Shown here in pieces: positions 1 through 9,632 of a DNA stretch of 50,003 nt. The DNA comes from Candidatus Aegiribacteria sp. (lineage in GTDB: Bacteria > Fermentibacterota > Fermentibacteria > Fermentibacterales > JCC-6). The position numbers and the translations under genes were made by a program. The DNA lies in the NCBI GenBank assembly GCA_046498225.1, contig JAWOBF010000058.1, positions 1-50,003 on the forward strand, in the 5' to 3' direction. Position 1 is the stretch's first letter. Each line of letters opens with the position of its first letter. The notes below the pieces were generated by a model. The model made no database searches and was not told where the DNA came from. It saw only the letters and a list, made by a program, of their open reading frames with translations.

Positions 1-231
1 TACAGGTTCGAGGACGAGCTGGAGGATAACCCGCTCAAGCATGAAACCGGCGTGATATCCATGGCCAATGCGGGGCCGGATACCAACGGAAGCCAGTTCT
101 TCATCACCCACGGCCCCCAGCCCCATCTCGATGGAAGGCATACCGTCTTCGGAAAGGTGGTAAGCGGTCAGGACGTGGTGGATTCCATCCATCAGGGGGA
201 CAAAATCAAGAAGGTCACCATTCGGGAATAG
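1..231 (+). CDS. Cyclophilin-type peptidyl-prolyl isomerase, C-terminal part (5' truncated by the window)
   Basis: Frame 1 reads YRFEDE...[40 protein letters not shown], the cyclophilin signature; TAG at 229-231. Not in the ORF track. Confidence 0.95.
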   Translation, partial: YRFEDELEDNPLKHETGVISMANAGPDTNGSQFFITHGPQPHLDGRHTVFGKVVSGQDVVDSIHQGDKIKKVTIRE

Positions 232-263
232 CTGGTGTCCGACCCGGCGGAAGGAGGGTTTAG

Positions 264-449
264 ATGACGAAGAAGGAAATACTCGAGATTGCTTCAGACC
301 TGGGACTGAAAGGGGTCTCCAGGCTGAAGAAGGCGGAGCTGATACGAGCGATACAGGAGAGCGAGGGCAATTATCCCTGCTTCGGCACGGCGGACGGTCA
401 CTGCGACCGTATGGACTGTCTCTGGCGGCAGGACTGCCTGCAGACCTGA
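264..449 (+). CDS. Small Rho_N/SAP-like domain protein with Cys-rich C-terminus
   Basis: AAGGAGG RBS; LGLKGVSRLKKAELIRAIQ resembles the Rho N-terminal helix-extension-helix; tail EGNYPCF...C...CLWRQDC. Confidence 0.8.
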   Translation: MTKKEILEIASDLGLKGVSRLKKAELIRAIQESEGNYPCFGTADGHCDRMDCLWRQDCLQT

Positions 450-566
450 CCGCTGAGCCTCATATTGCAGCGGGGTTGATTTTCATTATCTTCCATTCTG
501 GCCGCGCAGGATGGCCGGAGCATGCCCGCTACGGGCAGTACCGCGCATCAATGATGGAGGGACACT

Positions 567-1688
567 ATGGCTGAAGAGAATAACGGCGAACCTGAATCCA
601 CTGAGGAAGTCCCGGAGACTCCGGAAGAAGAACCCCCGGCAGACGACGGGAAACCCACCATAAAAGAGATCAGCTGCGACAACTGCGGCGCCCCGCTCGA
701 GTATATGCAGGGGGAGGCCGTGATAACCTGCGAATACTGCGGGACCACGACGATGCTGGCCGAGTTCGATCAGATAGTGACCCTCGAGTCCCATTACATG
801 CTTCCCCCCAGGGTCGGCAGGGACGAGGCCATAGGTATCGCTTCGGGCTGGCTGGAAAAGGGGTTTTACAAGTCCAGGGAACTTCCGAACAAGGTCCAGT
901 GGAGACAGACGGAAGCAAGGGTCCTGCCCTACTGGGTGGTCCGCTGCACCGCGAGCACGCACTGGAGAGGTGAGCAGCAGAAGACCAAGACCGTGGGCGA
1001 GGGTGACAAGAAGGCGACCAAGAAGTACTGGGAGCCGGTACAGGGTCGTTTCTCCGAAGACTATACGTGGCCGGTGTACGCCAGGGAGGACACATCGGAA
1101 TTCTGGGGCATCCGGAACATCGAGCCGGGCAGGCAGAGCGTGTTTCCCGACTGGGGCAGGTTCATCTTCAGGATCGGCGGGTCCAAAAGAGCTCCCAACA
1201 AGGACCTTCTGGAGGGGAAGGCCGATTTCTCCATCGAGGAATTCAAGAAGCACAACATGAACGAGAGCATCGTCAACGGTCAGATAGTTCAGGAGAGGGC
1301 GGAGAGCAACGCCAGGAACAGGATAATCGAGATGCACCAGAGCCGGGCTGAGAGCAAAGCCACAAGGATAACCGACGTGGACACAACCATCGATGTTCAC
1401 GGGGTGGACCTGGTATACCTGCCCATCTGGGAACTCATGTACAGTTACGGCGGCAAGGACTACAGGATACTTGTGGACGCCAGCCGTCAGGAGGTCCTTT
1501 CCGGCGAGGCTCCCGTGGGTAAATGGGCCAAGGCCACGATTTTCGACGTCATATTCCTGATACTCGCGGCAATCTTCCTGGTCATAGCCATAAGTTCTGA
1601 AGCCACCTGGGCTTACGTAGCAGGAGGCATCTTCGGCGTGAGCGCGGTGGCCTACACCGTCTGGACCGGCGCCATGAAGAAGGGGTGA
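567..1688 (+). CDS. Zinc-ribbon membrane protein (YdjG-like)
   Basis: GGAGG RBS; CDNC-x14-CEYC ribbon, VYLPIW...Y.GK.Y...VDA...V.GEAP motif, two C-terminal TM helices. Confidence 0.75.
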   Translation: MAEENNGEPESTEEVPETPEEEPPADDGKPTIKEISCDNCGAPLEYMQGEAVITCEYCGTTTMLAEFDQIVTLESHYMLPPRVGRDEAIGIASGWLEKGFYKSRELPNKVQWRQTEARVLPYWVVRCTASTHWRGEQQKTKTVGEGDKKATKKYWEPVQGRFSEDYTWPVYAREDTSEFWGIRNIEPGRQSVFPDWGRFIFRIGGSKRAPNKDLLEGKADFSIEEFKKHNMNESIVNGQIVQERAESNARNRIIEMHQSRAESKATRITDVDTTIDVHGVDLVYLPIWELMYSYGGKDYRILVDASRQEVLSGEAPVGKWAKATIFDVIFLILAAIFLVIAISSEATWAYVAGGIFGVSAVAYTVWTGAMKKG

Positions 1689-1808
1689 GGGCTGACTGAG
1701 TTCCGGGAGACCCGCCATCGGTCTGAAAAGACCCTGACCGGTTCCCCGGGTGCGGAATCCCCAGTGTCTCTGAAATGGTAGCTCAGGCTTGCTGTTATTG
1801 ACTCCTCG

Positions 1809-4800
1809 TCATCCATGACCAGGGTCCCGGCGCTGTTTTCCATTATCACTGTCCGGTGCCGGGGGCAGTCTTACTATGAACCTGGTGTACCTGCCGGGGA
1901 CCGAGTCCACTTCCAGTTCGCCGCCGTGTTCCTCGGTCACTATGAAATAGGAGACGGAGAGTCCCAGGCCGGTACCTGTACCCACGTCCCTGGTCGTGAA
2001 GAAGGGTTCGAATATCCGGGTCCTGAGCCCCTCGGGTATTCCCGGGCCGTTGTCCTCTATCTCCGTGACCACGAAGGGGGGCTCTTCCCTTATTCTCAGG
2101 ATGAACCGGGAAGTCTCCGGTCTGCCGGTCCTGTAGCGGGATTCGTGCATCGCCTCGGTGCCGTTCCTCAGAATGTTGAGGAAGACCTGCTGGATCTTGC
2201 TTGGATGGCAGAGCACAGGCGGAACGTTCTCCCCGTATTCCTTCACTATCTCCACCTGCCGGAAGTCGAACTTCTTCTTCAGGTCGTAGTCGTTCTCCGC
2301 CAGCTCCAGCGTTCTGTCCATGATCTCTCGGAGGTCGTTGCTGTCCGGTCTTCCCTCGCTCGTGCGGGCGAAGCTGAGCATGTTCTGAACTATCAGGGCG
2401 GCCCTTCTGCCGGAGTCGTGGATCATTCTGAGCTGGTTCAGGATGTTCCCCTTTTCCAGGAATCCCCTCACGGCCTCCATGGTGGTGCCCACTTCCGAGG
2501 CGACCCTCTCATTGTCGGGGACATCTCTCGTGAGGCGTCTCAGGATCATCTCGGCGTTCTGCATCATACCTGCGAGCGGATTGTTTATCTCGTGCGCCAT
2601 CCCCGCCGCGAGCCCTCCCACGGACAGCATCTTCTCGGACTGGATCATCATCTCTTCCATGTGAACCTGTTCCGTCACATCGTCCAGCCTTATCACGGCT
2701 CCCGTCGCATGGTCAGCTACCAGGGGGTACACGGTAAGGTCCTCGTAACGGATCTCCTCCCCGGTGGAGGTATTCTGCTTCGGCCTGTACTCCACCTTCC
2801 GGGAATCGATGCTCTCCTCTATCAGTACTCTGTAGCGGCTGAACCAGGGGATAACTTCGCTGAGCTCTCTGCCGAACACGCTGTCCGGACCCAGACCGGT
2901 CCTCCGCTGCGCTTCCGAGTTCCAGAGGGTTATCCTGCCCTTCCTGCTTACCCCGATTAACACGCTGGGCATGGAATCGATGATGTTGGCCATGTAGTTG
3001 CGGAGACGGCTCAGTTCCATCTCGCTCTCCCTGCGGTCCGTGATGTCCCTTACAGTGGCCTGCAGAAAACTGCCGTCCGGCATATCCACCCTGGTCAGGA
3101 GGACCGTGGCGGGAAATTCCTCCCCCGTCACGCGTCTGTGAGTCCACCGGAAGTAATTTGAGCCTTCGGTCATCGCCTTCTCCACCATCTCCAGGGCCTT
3201 TTCCCTGGAGTCGCGGCCGTCGGGCTGATACTCCGGCGAGAGCCGCCAGGGTTCAATGGAGGTGAACTCCTTCTCCGAGCTGACCCCGAAAAGTTCATGT
3301 ATGGCCGGATTCCCGGACGTGAATTTCCAGGAGGGTGGTTCGAGGGTCATTATCGCGTCCCGTGAGGCGTTGAACAGGGTCCTGTACCTGAGTTCCGACC
3401 TTGCCAGCCGCTCTTCGGCACTCAGTTTCTCCATTGCGTGGGCAAGGTCGAGGGCTACCTCCTGCAGAAGGCCGCATTCCTCCTCATCTATCTGAGCTTC
3501 GCTCAGAGCTATGAACAGGACTCCCGCCAGCCCCGAGTCGGATCTCATGGGCGCCACGAAGGTGGGATGGAACTCCTCACCATGACCTCCGATGAAACGG
3601 CATCCCGCGCATTGTGATTTGTTCTTCATCACCACATAGCCGTCCGTGTTGAGGGCTTCGTCTATGCATTTCGGCAGCGCGTCGGAGATCATCTCCATCT
3701 TCGGAAAGCTCCTCTCGCCCGCCTGGAACAGCTTTCCTATGCCGGCCTCACCGTCAAGCAGGGCGATGGTGCAGTCCTGGTAGGACCTGGTCTCCGTAAG
3801 GGTATCGCAGGCCCTGCGCATCAGGTCGTCGATGTTCTGTTCCTGAACGATAAGCTGGTTGAGGTTCCTGATGGCCAGCAGCAGGGAGTTGAGATGGCGT
3901 ATCCTATCCAGCGCCTTTCTCCGGTCCGTCACGTCAAGCAGGATACCGTTGTAGAGGATCTCATCCTTCAGCAGCGATGGTCTCGATATTCCCCTCAGGT
4001 AGATGATGTCTCCTGAGGATTTTCGGAATTCCGTCTCGAAGCTCCAGTCATCCATGTTGCTAACGGCCCTGTCTATGGAGGAGTAGAAGCGGTCCCGGCC
4101 CTCTTCAGTGGGTATTCCCGCTGCGAAGCTGTCGAATAGGTTTCCGGAGTCGTTCATGCTGCCGAGTATCTTTTCCAGATTACCGCTGACGAAATCTATG
4201 CCGTACTCCCCGGTCTTCCTGATGAAGAACTGGAAGATGGCTCCAGGCATATGTCTGGCCGCTTCGGTCAGCTTCATCTCGCTCTGCAGAAGCTCCTCTT
4301 CGGCCTTTTTCTGTTCCGTGACGTCCTGCTGGACCCCCATTATCTCAAGTGGTCTGCCGGATTCGTCCCGGCTGACCACTTCCGGTCCCGGGGCGGCTAT
4401 CCATCTGAATTCGCCGGAGGGGCGGATTATCCTGAAAGTGATGGACTCGGCCTTACCGCCCTCCCGCGCCTCCGTTACCGCGGCCTGAACCTTCTCGATG
4501 TCGTCAGGATGAGTGAATTCGGAAATGAAGCCGTCGACGCTGGAGTAAATCCCGTCCTCCGGAATGCCGTAGATGCTTCGCAGTTCGGGAGAAAGCTTCA
4601 GCTCATCCGCCATGGGCCGATATTTCCAGCTGCCTATGTGAACCAGGGAATATATCTGTCCGAGCTGAGTTTCGTTCTTTCTCAGCATTTCCTCGGTCTT
4701 TCCGGTTCGGACGGCGTGCAGCAGCAGCTGTGAGATGCGTCCCTGAAGGGACTCGTAGCTGTCCTCCATTGCGATGTCCCCGCACCCGAAGATGTCGAGA

Positions 4801-5069
4801 TAGCGGGAAGCTATGTCCTTCACGGAGGCGGACATGCCGCGCGGAACCTCCAGGAGCCAGAATCCCCTGCTGAGAGGTGATGAATTGAAGGGGTCGCCGG
4901 GGACCACCACAACGCCGCGGCTGCCCGAGGCGCATCTTCTTAAGTACGCCAGAGCCTGCTCAGGTGTATCGGCGTGTAGTACTATCGGTGTTGGAGGGAG
5001 GTCCTCGAACCGGGGGCCGATCTTCCGAAACCCGTCCGGCGGCCTGTCCGTCAGACTGAAAAATTCCAT
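1809..5069 (-). CDS. Cytoplasmic multi-PAS/GAF sensor histidine kinase (NtrB-like HisKA)
   Basis: Repeated PAS/PAC ends (DVTEQK, DVTDRR, DITDRR, DVTEQ), H-box [12 protein letters not shown]-box [29 protein letters not shown]; no TM helices or receiver domain. Confidence 0.93.
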   Translation of the reverse strand: MEFFSLTDRPPDGFRKIGPRFEDLPPTPIVLHADTPEQALAYLRRCASGSRGVVVVPGDPFNSSPLSRGFWLLEVPRGMSASVKDIASRYLDIFGCGDIAMEDSYESLQGRISQLLLHAVRTGKTEEMLRKNETQLGQIYSLVHIGSWKYRPMADELKLSPELRSIYGIPEDGIYSSVDGFISEFTHPDDIEKVQAAVTEAREGGKAESITFRIIRPSGEFRWIAAPGPEVVSRDESGRPLEIMGVQQDVTEQKKAEEELLQSEMKLTEAARHMPGAIFQFFIRKTGEYGIDFVSGNLEKILGSMNDSGNLFDSFAAGIPTEEGRDRFYSSIDRAVSNMDDWSFETEFRKSSGDIIYLRGISRPSLLKDEILYNGILLDVTDRRKALDRIRHLNSLLLAIRNLNQLIVQEQNIDDLMRRACDTLTETRSYQDCTIALLDGEAGIGKLFQAGERSFPKMEMISDALPKCIDEALNTDGYVVMKNKSQCAGCRFIGGHGEEFHPTFVAPMRSDSGLAGVLFIALSEAQIDEEECGLLQEVALDLAHAMEKLSAEERLARSELRYRTLFNASRDAIMTLEPPSWKFTSGNPAIHELFGVSSEKEFTSIEPWRLSPEYQPDGRDSREKALEMVEKAMTEGSNYFRWTHRRVTGEEFPATVLLTRVDMPDGSFLQATVRDITDRRESEMELSRLRNYMANIIDSMPSVLIGVSRKGRITLWNSEAQRRTGLGPDSVFGRELSEVIPWFSRYRVLIEESIDSRKVEYRPKQNTSTGEEIRYEDLTVYPLVADHATGAVIRLDDVTEQVHMEEMMIQSEKMLSVGGLAAGMAHEINNPLAGMMQNAEMILRRLTRDVPDNERVASEVGTTMEAVRGFLEKGNILNQLRMIHDSGRRAALIVQNMLSFARTSEGRPDSNDLREIMDRTLELAENDYDLKKKFDFRQVEIVKEYGENVPPVLCHPSKIQQVFLNILRNGTEAMHESRYRTGRPETSRFILRIREEPPFVVTEIEDNGPGIPEGLRTRIFEPFFTTRDVGTGTGLGLSVSYFIVTEEHGGELEVDSVPGRYTRFIVRLPPAPDSDNGKQRRDPGHG

Positions 5070-5071
5070 CT

Positions 5072-5111
5072 AGGGACGCACCTAACTACGTTAACTTACT
5101 TGACCGATAAC
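5072..5111 (+). repeat. Degenerate solo end of the MITE family at 13694-13850
   Basis: AGGGACGCACCTAACTACGTTAACTTACTTGACCGATAAC matches the reverse complement of 13811-13850 at 33/40 positions (hand count) and is followed by an AT-rich tract. Confidence 0.75.
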
Positions 5112-5211
5112 ACTCTATATATAATAATAAAAAATCTATACCGCTATTTTTCTCTGCGAATTGCGCATCACGCCGCCGTACCTGAAAAATGCATGGATAA
5201 TGCTGGAACAC

Positions 5212-6309
5212 TCATTCCTTGTATTCCAGGAAATAGAGTTTTGGATAATCCTCAGGCGCAAGGTTCCAGGCTACTATTCCATGTTCGTTTATCTGAATCC
5301 TCATGAACACCGTATCCGGGAAGGAGGTAAGGTATACCTGTTCTGTCTGTTCGCCCTGAGGATCGAACACATCCCACATGATCTCCCTGGAGGTTCCCCT
5401 CTGAGCCCAGAGGTTACCGATGGAATCAACCCCCATTCGCTCAACCTGCGGAAGGCAGTCGGTCATTTCACCCCTGACCTGGTGGGTCTCCCCCTCATCC
5501 TGGACACCGAACATCACCTGAGGAACGTAGCAGTACCTTTCGGCCTCATCCCAGGTAAGAATAACCGGTTCGGAGGCTATGCTGTCCATTGAATTCCCAT
5601 TGGGGTCGAAGACCTCTATCAGATATTCATCGGAGTTCATCCTGTGCAGGTATACGCGCCCATCCTCATCAGCTGCAACAGCCAGGTATCCCGGCCTGAA
5701 ATCGTAATCCTCCTGACCGAAATCGAAGAGATGTGAAAAGACGGTTGCCGCGGGTTCCTCGTCCCCGCCCTGCCAGATGTTCACTTCGAAACCCATTCTG
5801 AATGTGCCTTCCACCTGCCTTGAGGGAGTGGAATAGATTACGTAGCCGGAATCACCCGCGGCTCTCATGTCCAGAGGAGTATCACGATATGGAGTGGTTC
5901 TGGATCCCAGATACTCCCCCTCCGGTGAGAAGAAGACAACTTCCCTGTCCATCCAGTCGATGACAGCTATCCTTCCATCACCGAGAACAGTCATAAGGCT
6001 GGGTCTGTTAAATCTTCCCGGAGCCTCGCCCAGACCTCCGAAGGATGATATGAACCGGGCTTCGGAATCGAAGCTCGAGACCAGGCCCGTTCTCTGGTCC
6101 AGCAGTATGGCTCCCCCTCCCGGAAGGGCTTCAGCGCAGGCGATGTATCCGAACATGTAACTGCTGTCCCCCACAAAAACACCGATGGAATCTGAAACGA
6201 CCAGTGTATCGATATCGATCCGGTTCTGAACTTCGGCAGGAACCTCATCTGACCGCTCTCCGCATGCCATGACCAGAAGCGGCAAGAGAGCAAGCAGGAT
6301 CATTCTCAT
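5212..6309 (-). CDS. 6-bladed beta-propeller (NHL/TolB-like) lipoprotein
   Basis: Lipobox LLVMA-C; FGGLGEAPGRFNRP NHL-type motif; repeated D..G/FD..G blade turns. Confidence 0.8.
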   Translation of the reverse strand: MRMILLALLPLLVMACGERSDEVPAEVQNRIDIDTLVVSDSIGVFVGDSSYMFGYIACAEALPGGGAILLDQRTGLVSSFDSEARFISSFGGLGEAPGRFNRPSLMTVLGDGRIAVIDWMDREVVFFSPEGEYLGSRTTPYRDTPLDMRAAGDSGYVIYSTPSRQVEGTFRMGFEVNIWQGGDEEPAATVFSHLFDFGQEDYDFRPGYLAVAADEDGRVYLHRMNSDEYLIEVFDPNGNSMDSIASEPVILTWDEAERYCYVPQVMFGVQDEGETHQVRGEMTDCLPQVERMGVDSIGNLWAQRGTSREIMWDVFDPQGEQTEQVYLTSFPDTVFMRIQINEHGIVAWNLAPEDYPKLYFLEYKE

Positions 6310-6626
6310 TTCTTCCCCTCCCCGGGAAACCGGCAGATCACTGAATACGAATTTGATATATGGTAGGATATCGATACTTATGCAAACCTTGAATCAGGGC
6401 GCTGGCATTCTGAAGCTGCAGATTTCTTGAGAAGGCATATGGTTCGCGCAGAGGATATTCGTAATCCCAGTCTCCCCGTCTGAAAGTGGAAATGTATTCA
6501 CTATCGCCATAAGTAAATAATCTGCAGAGAGATAGCCCATATTAAAACCGGTATTTTTTGCGAATCCGCGATTTCTGATGTATTGTTCCATGGTATTTAT
6601 CATCTGAGAGAACGGGGGTTGTCCCG

Positions 6627-9600
6627 GTGAGACTTACCAACAGTGCCATCTCCAGGCCGGTCGCAGTAACAGTCCTGTCAATTGTCGCCGCTCTCCTTGG
6701 CGCAGTGGCGGTCATAAAAATGCCGGTGGACCTTCTTCCCTCCGTTGAGTACCCCAGGCTCACAATAGAGACGACCTATCCCTCCTCAAGCCCCTACGAG
6801 GTAGAACGGCTGGTGACCGACCCTCTGGAGAACTCAGTCGCCGGCGTAAGGGGACTGCGGAGCTACACATCCAGGTCCTACGGCGACAGGAGCAGGATAA
6901 CGCTGGAGTTCGACTGGGGAGCCCGAATGGACTTCACCAGGCTGGAGGTCAGAGAGAAACTTGACGTTGCCGGCTGGTCCCTTCCGGCAGAGGCAGGCCG
7001 TCCCACCATCGTAGACTACGACCCGTCCCGCAGACCATTCATGGAAATACTAATGACCATGGAATCGGGCGACTGGACCGAAGTTACCGATTTTGCCCGC
7101 AGGATCGTTACCACAAGGATAGATCAGGCGGAGGGAGTCGCCGGCAGCGAGATACAGGGTGAGGCCGAACCGGCTGTTTTCGTTCAGCTGAGGGAGGGCG
7201 CGGTTGAGGAGCTGAATCTCGATCCGGAAACGGTATCGATGGCCCTGCGCGGGTCCAATGTCTCAATGTCCGGAGGCCTGGTCCGGGACGGTCAGAGGGA
7301 ATTCTTTCTCTCCCTGGAAGGCGAGTTCTCCACTCTTGAGGATGTGGAGAGCACCGTAATAGGGGTAAGGGGAACTACTCCCATACTGCTGAGCGATGTA
7401 GCCGAGATATCCCTGGGCGAGAAGCCGGTTACCGAATGGGCCAGCTTCAACGGGGACAGATGCCTTATTATTCGGGTCAGGAAAATGGCCGAAGCCAATA
7501 CAGTCGAGGTGGCCGGAAACGTTGAGGAGCTGATAGATGAACTCAACAACGAGTATCAGGCACTGAACCTCAGTGTCATTCAGAACGACGCCCAGTTCAT
7601 AGAGGAATCCATAGGCGAGGTTATTGAAGCCCTCATACTCGGAGGCATACTGGCTTTCGGCGTTCTTTTCTTCTTCCTGAGAGACTGGAGAAGTCCCCTG
7701 ATACTCGGTCTCTCCCTTCCTTTGAGCATCGCCATCGCCCTCTTCTTCCTGTTCATTTCCGGAATCACACTTAACATCATGTCCCTGGGGGGGCTGGCAC
7801 TGGGAACCGGACTGCTGGTGGACAATGCGGTGGTCGTACTCGAAGCCATCTACAGGAGAAGGGAAAGCGGAGAGGGTGCCAGGGAAGGTGCCGGCAGCGG
7901 TACCACCGAAGTGGGGAAGGCGATAACGGCCAGTACACTGACTACACTTATCGTCTTTTTCCCGGTTGTATACATGGAAGGCATCTCCAGCCAGCTGTTC
8001 CGGGACCAGGCGCTGGCAGTCGGTTTCGCCCTTCTGGCAAGCCTGCTGGTGGCCGTTACTCTCATTCCTACCCTCACGGCCAGGCTCAGGCGTATCAAGA
8101 AGAGCGAGGATGTCACCACAAGATACAAGGAACGTTACGCAGGTCTGATGGATAAGGTGCTCAAGATGCCCTTGATTGTACTGGGCGGAACACTGGTGCT
8201 CTTCATCCTTGCCCTGCTTGTGGGCCTGGGCCTTCCGATGCAGCTTTTGCCGAGTACACCCGTGGATCAGCTGCAGATCTCCTATTCCGCACCCATGGGA
8301 GCCTCCATGAGGCAGATAATAGATCTTTCCGAAGAGGTCACGGTCCTGGCGGACGAGTCCGGCGCCCAGTGGGTTTCAGGTAGAAGCGGGGTTCGTTCGC
8401 AGGAGGGTGTGGACGCGGTTCTCACGGCCTCCTACTCATCGCCTTCGGAAGCCACTGAAGCCATGCCTCTCCTGCGGGACGCCTGGAATTCCGTATTCAG
8501 TTTTCCCCTTACCGTCGAGAAACGGGAATCGCTTCTGGGCGAGATACTGGGAGGCGGAAGCTCCTTCACCGTCTACCTCGAGGGAGAGAACATAGAGGCT
8601 GACCTGCAGGCCGCGCAGGGCCTTGCGGCCGTACTTTCAGGCTACGAGGGAGTTGAATCGGCTGACGTACAGTACCTGCCCGGCAAACCTGAGATGGTCC
8701 TCGATCTGGATCAGGAGCTGCTCAGCCTGTTCGGGCTCACGGCGAACGACGTGGCTGATTTCGTGGAGAGCCTGTCCCGGGGAATCATCTCAACTACCTA
8801 TTACCGGCAGGATGAGAGGGTCGATGTCGTCCTGCTGGCGGGAACGGGCGAAGGAATACCGATAGATTCCATGCTTTCCCGTTCCATTCCAACATCCCTG
8901 GGACTTCTTTCCCTGGACAGGGTGACGCGGGCTGTCAGGCAGCAGACTCCAGGTTTTATCGAGCATAACCAGGGCAACAGAGCGGTAGGGATAAGGATCC
9001 AGGGTTCTGGAAGCAACCTGGCGAGGTTATCGCAGGAAGTATCCCTGGCAGCGGACACTCTTCTCAAAGAAGCTCCCGTCCAGCTGAGGCAGGGAGACGA
9101 GATAGAGGAGATGGACAGAACCACTTCGAGCCTGATCCTTGCCGCGATGCTGGCCATCGGCCTGGTATATGTACTTCTGGCTACCCAGTTCGAGTCCTTC
9201 AGGGAACCCTTCGTGATTATGTTCACCGTTCCGATGGGCATCATAGGTGTTGTCCTGGGCCTGGCGGTGTTCGGCCAGAGCTGGAACGCACTGTCGGGAA
9301 TCGGAATGGTCGTGCTGTCAGGTATCGTGGTGAATGACGGAATTCTCCTGGTGGAGAGGATAGGTCAGCTTCGCAAAGAAGGATTGAGCAAGCATGATGC
9401 CATAATAATGGCTGGAAGGGATCGCTTCAGGCCGGTCCTCATGACCACCGCGACCACCGTTCTGGGCCTCCTTCCCATGGCGATCGGCTTCGGCTCCGGA
9501 GCCAGCCTTCGCCAGCCCCTGGCCATTGCTGTCATAGGCGGCATAACAATCGCCACTGCCCTGACGCTTGTGCTGGTCCCGGTTCTCTACCAGGTACTTT

Positions 9601-9632
9601 CCGGAAAGAAGGACCCGGTTGTCGATGGTTGA
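6627..9632 (+). CDS. RND efflux permease subunit (AcrB/MdtB-like) 1
   Basis: 1001 aa; PVDLLPSVEYP, EVERLVTDPLE, LNIMSLGGLALGTGLLVDNAVVVLE, RFRPVLMTTATTVLGLLP. Confidence 0.95.
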   Translation: MRLTNSAISRPVAVTVLSIVAALLGAVAVIKMPVDLLPSVEYPRLTIETTYPSSSPYEVERLVTDPLENSVAGVRGLRSYTSRSYGDRSRITLEFDWGARMDFTRLEVREKLDVAGWSLPAEAGRPTIVDYDPSRRPFMEILMTMESGDWTEVTDFARRIVTTRIDQAEGVAGSEIQGEAEPAVFVQLREGAVEELNLDPETVSMALRGSNVSMSGGLVRDGQREFFLSLEGEFSTLEDVESTVIGVRGTTPILLSDVAEISLGEKPVTEWASFNGDRCLIIRVRKMAEANTVEVAGNVEELIDELNNEYQALNLSVIQNDAQFIEESIGEVIEALILGGILAFGVLFFFLRDWRSPLILGLSLPLSIAIALFFLFISGITLNIMSLGGLALGTGLLVDNAVVVLEAIYRRRESGEGAREGAGSGTTEVGKAITASTLTTLIVFFPVVYMEGISSQLFRDQALAVGFALLASLLVAVTLIPTLTARLRRIKKSEDVTTRYKERYAGLMDKVLKMPLIVLGGTLVLFILALLVGLGLPMQLLPSTPVDQLQISYSAPMGASMRQIIDLSEEVTVLADESGAQWVSGRSGVRSQEGVDAVLTASYSSPSEATEAMPLLRDAWNSVFSFPLTVEKRESLLGEILGGGSSFTVYLEGENIEADLQAAQGLAAVLSGYEGVESADVQYLPGKPEMVLDLDQELLSLFGLTANDVADFVESLSRGIISTTYYRQDERVDVVLLAGTGEGIPIDSMLSRSIPTSLGLLSLDRVTRAVRQQTPGFIEHNQGNRAVGIRIQGSGSNLARLSQEVSLAADTLLKEAPVQLRQGDEIEEMDRTTSSLILAAMLAIGLVYVLLATQFESFREPFVIMFTVPMGIIGVVLGLAVFGQSWNALSGIGMVVLSGIVVNDGILLVERIGQLRKEGLSKHDAIIMAGRDRFRPVLMTTATTVLGLLPMAIGFGSGASLRQPLAIAVIGGITIATALTLVLVPVLYQVLSGKKDPVVDG

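Noticed and set aside
6378..6425. c-di-GMP-I riboswitch-like GCAAACC upstream of the RND operon
   Set aside because: It lacks the GNRA-capped P2 and the downstream GCAAAG/P3 elements.
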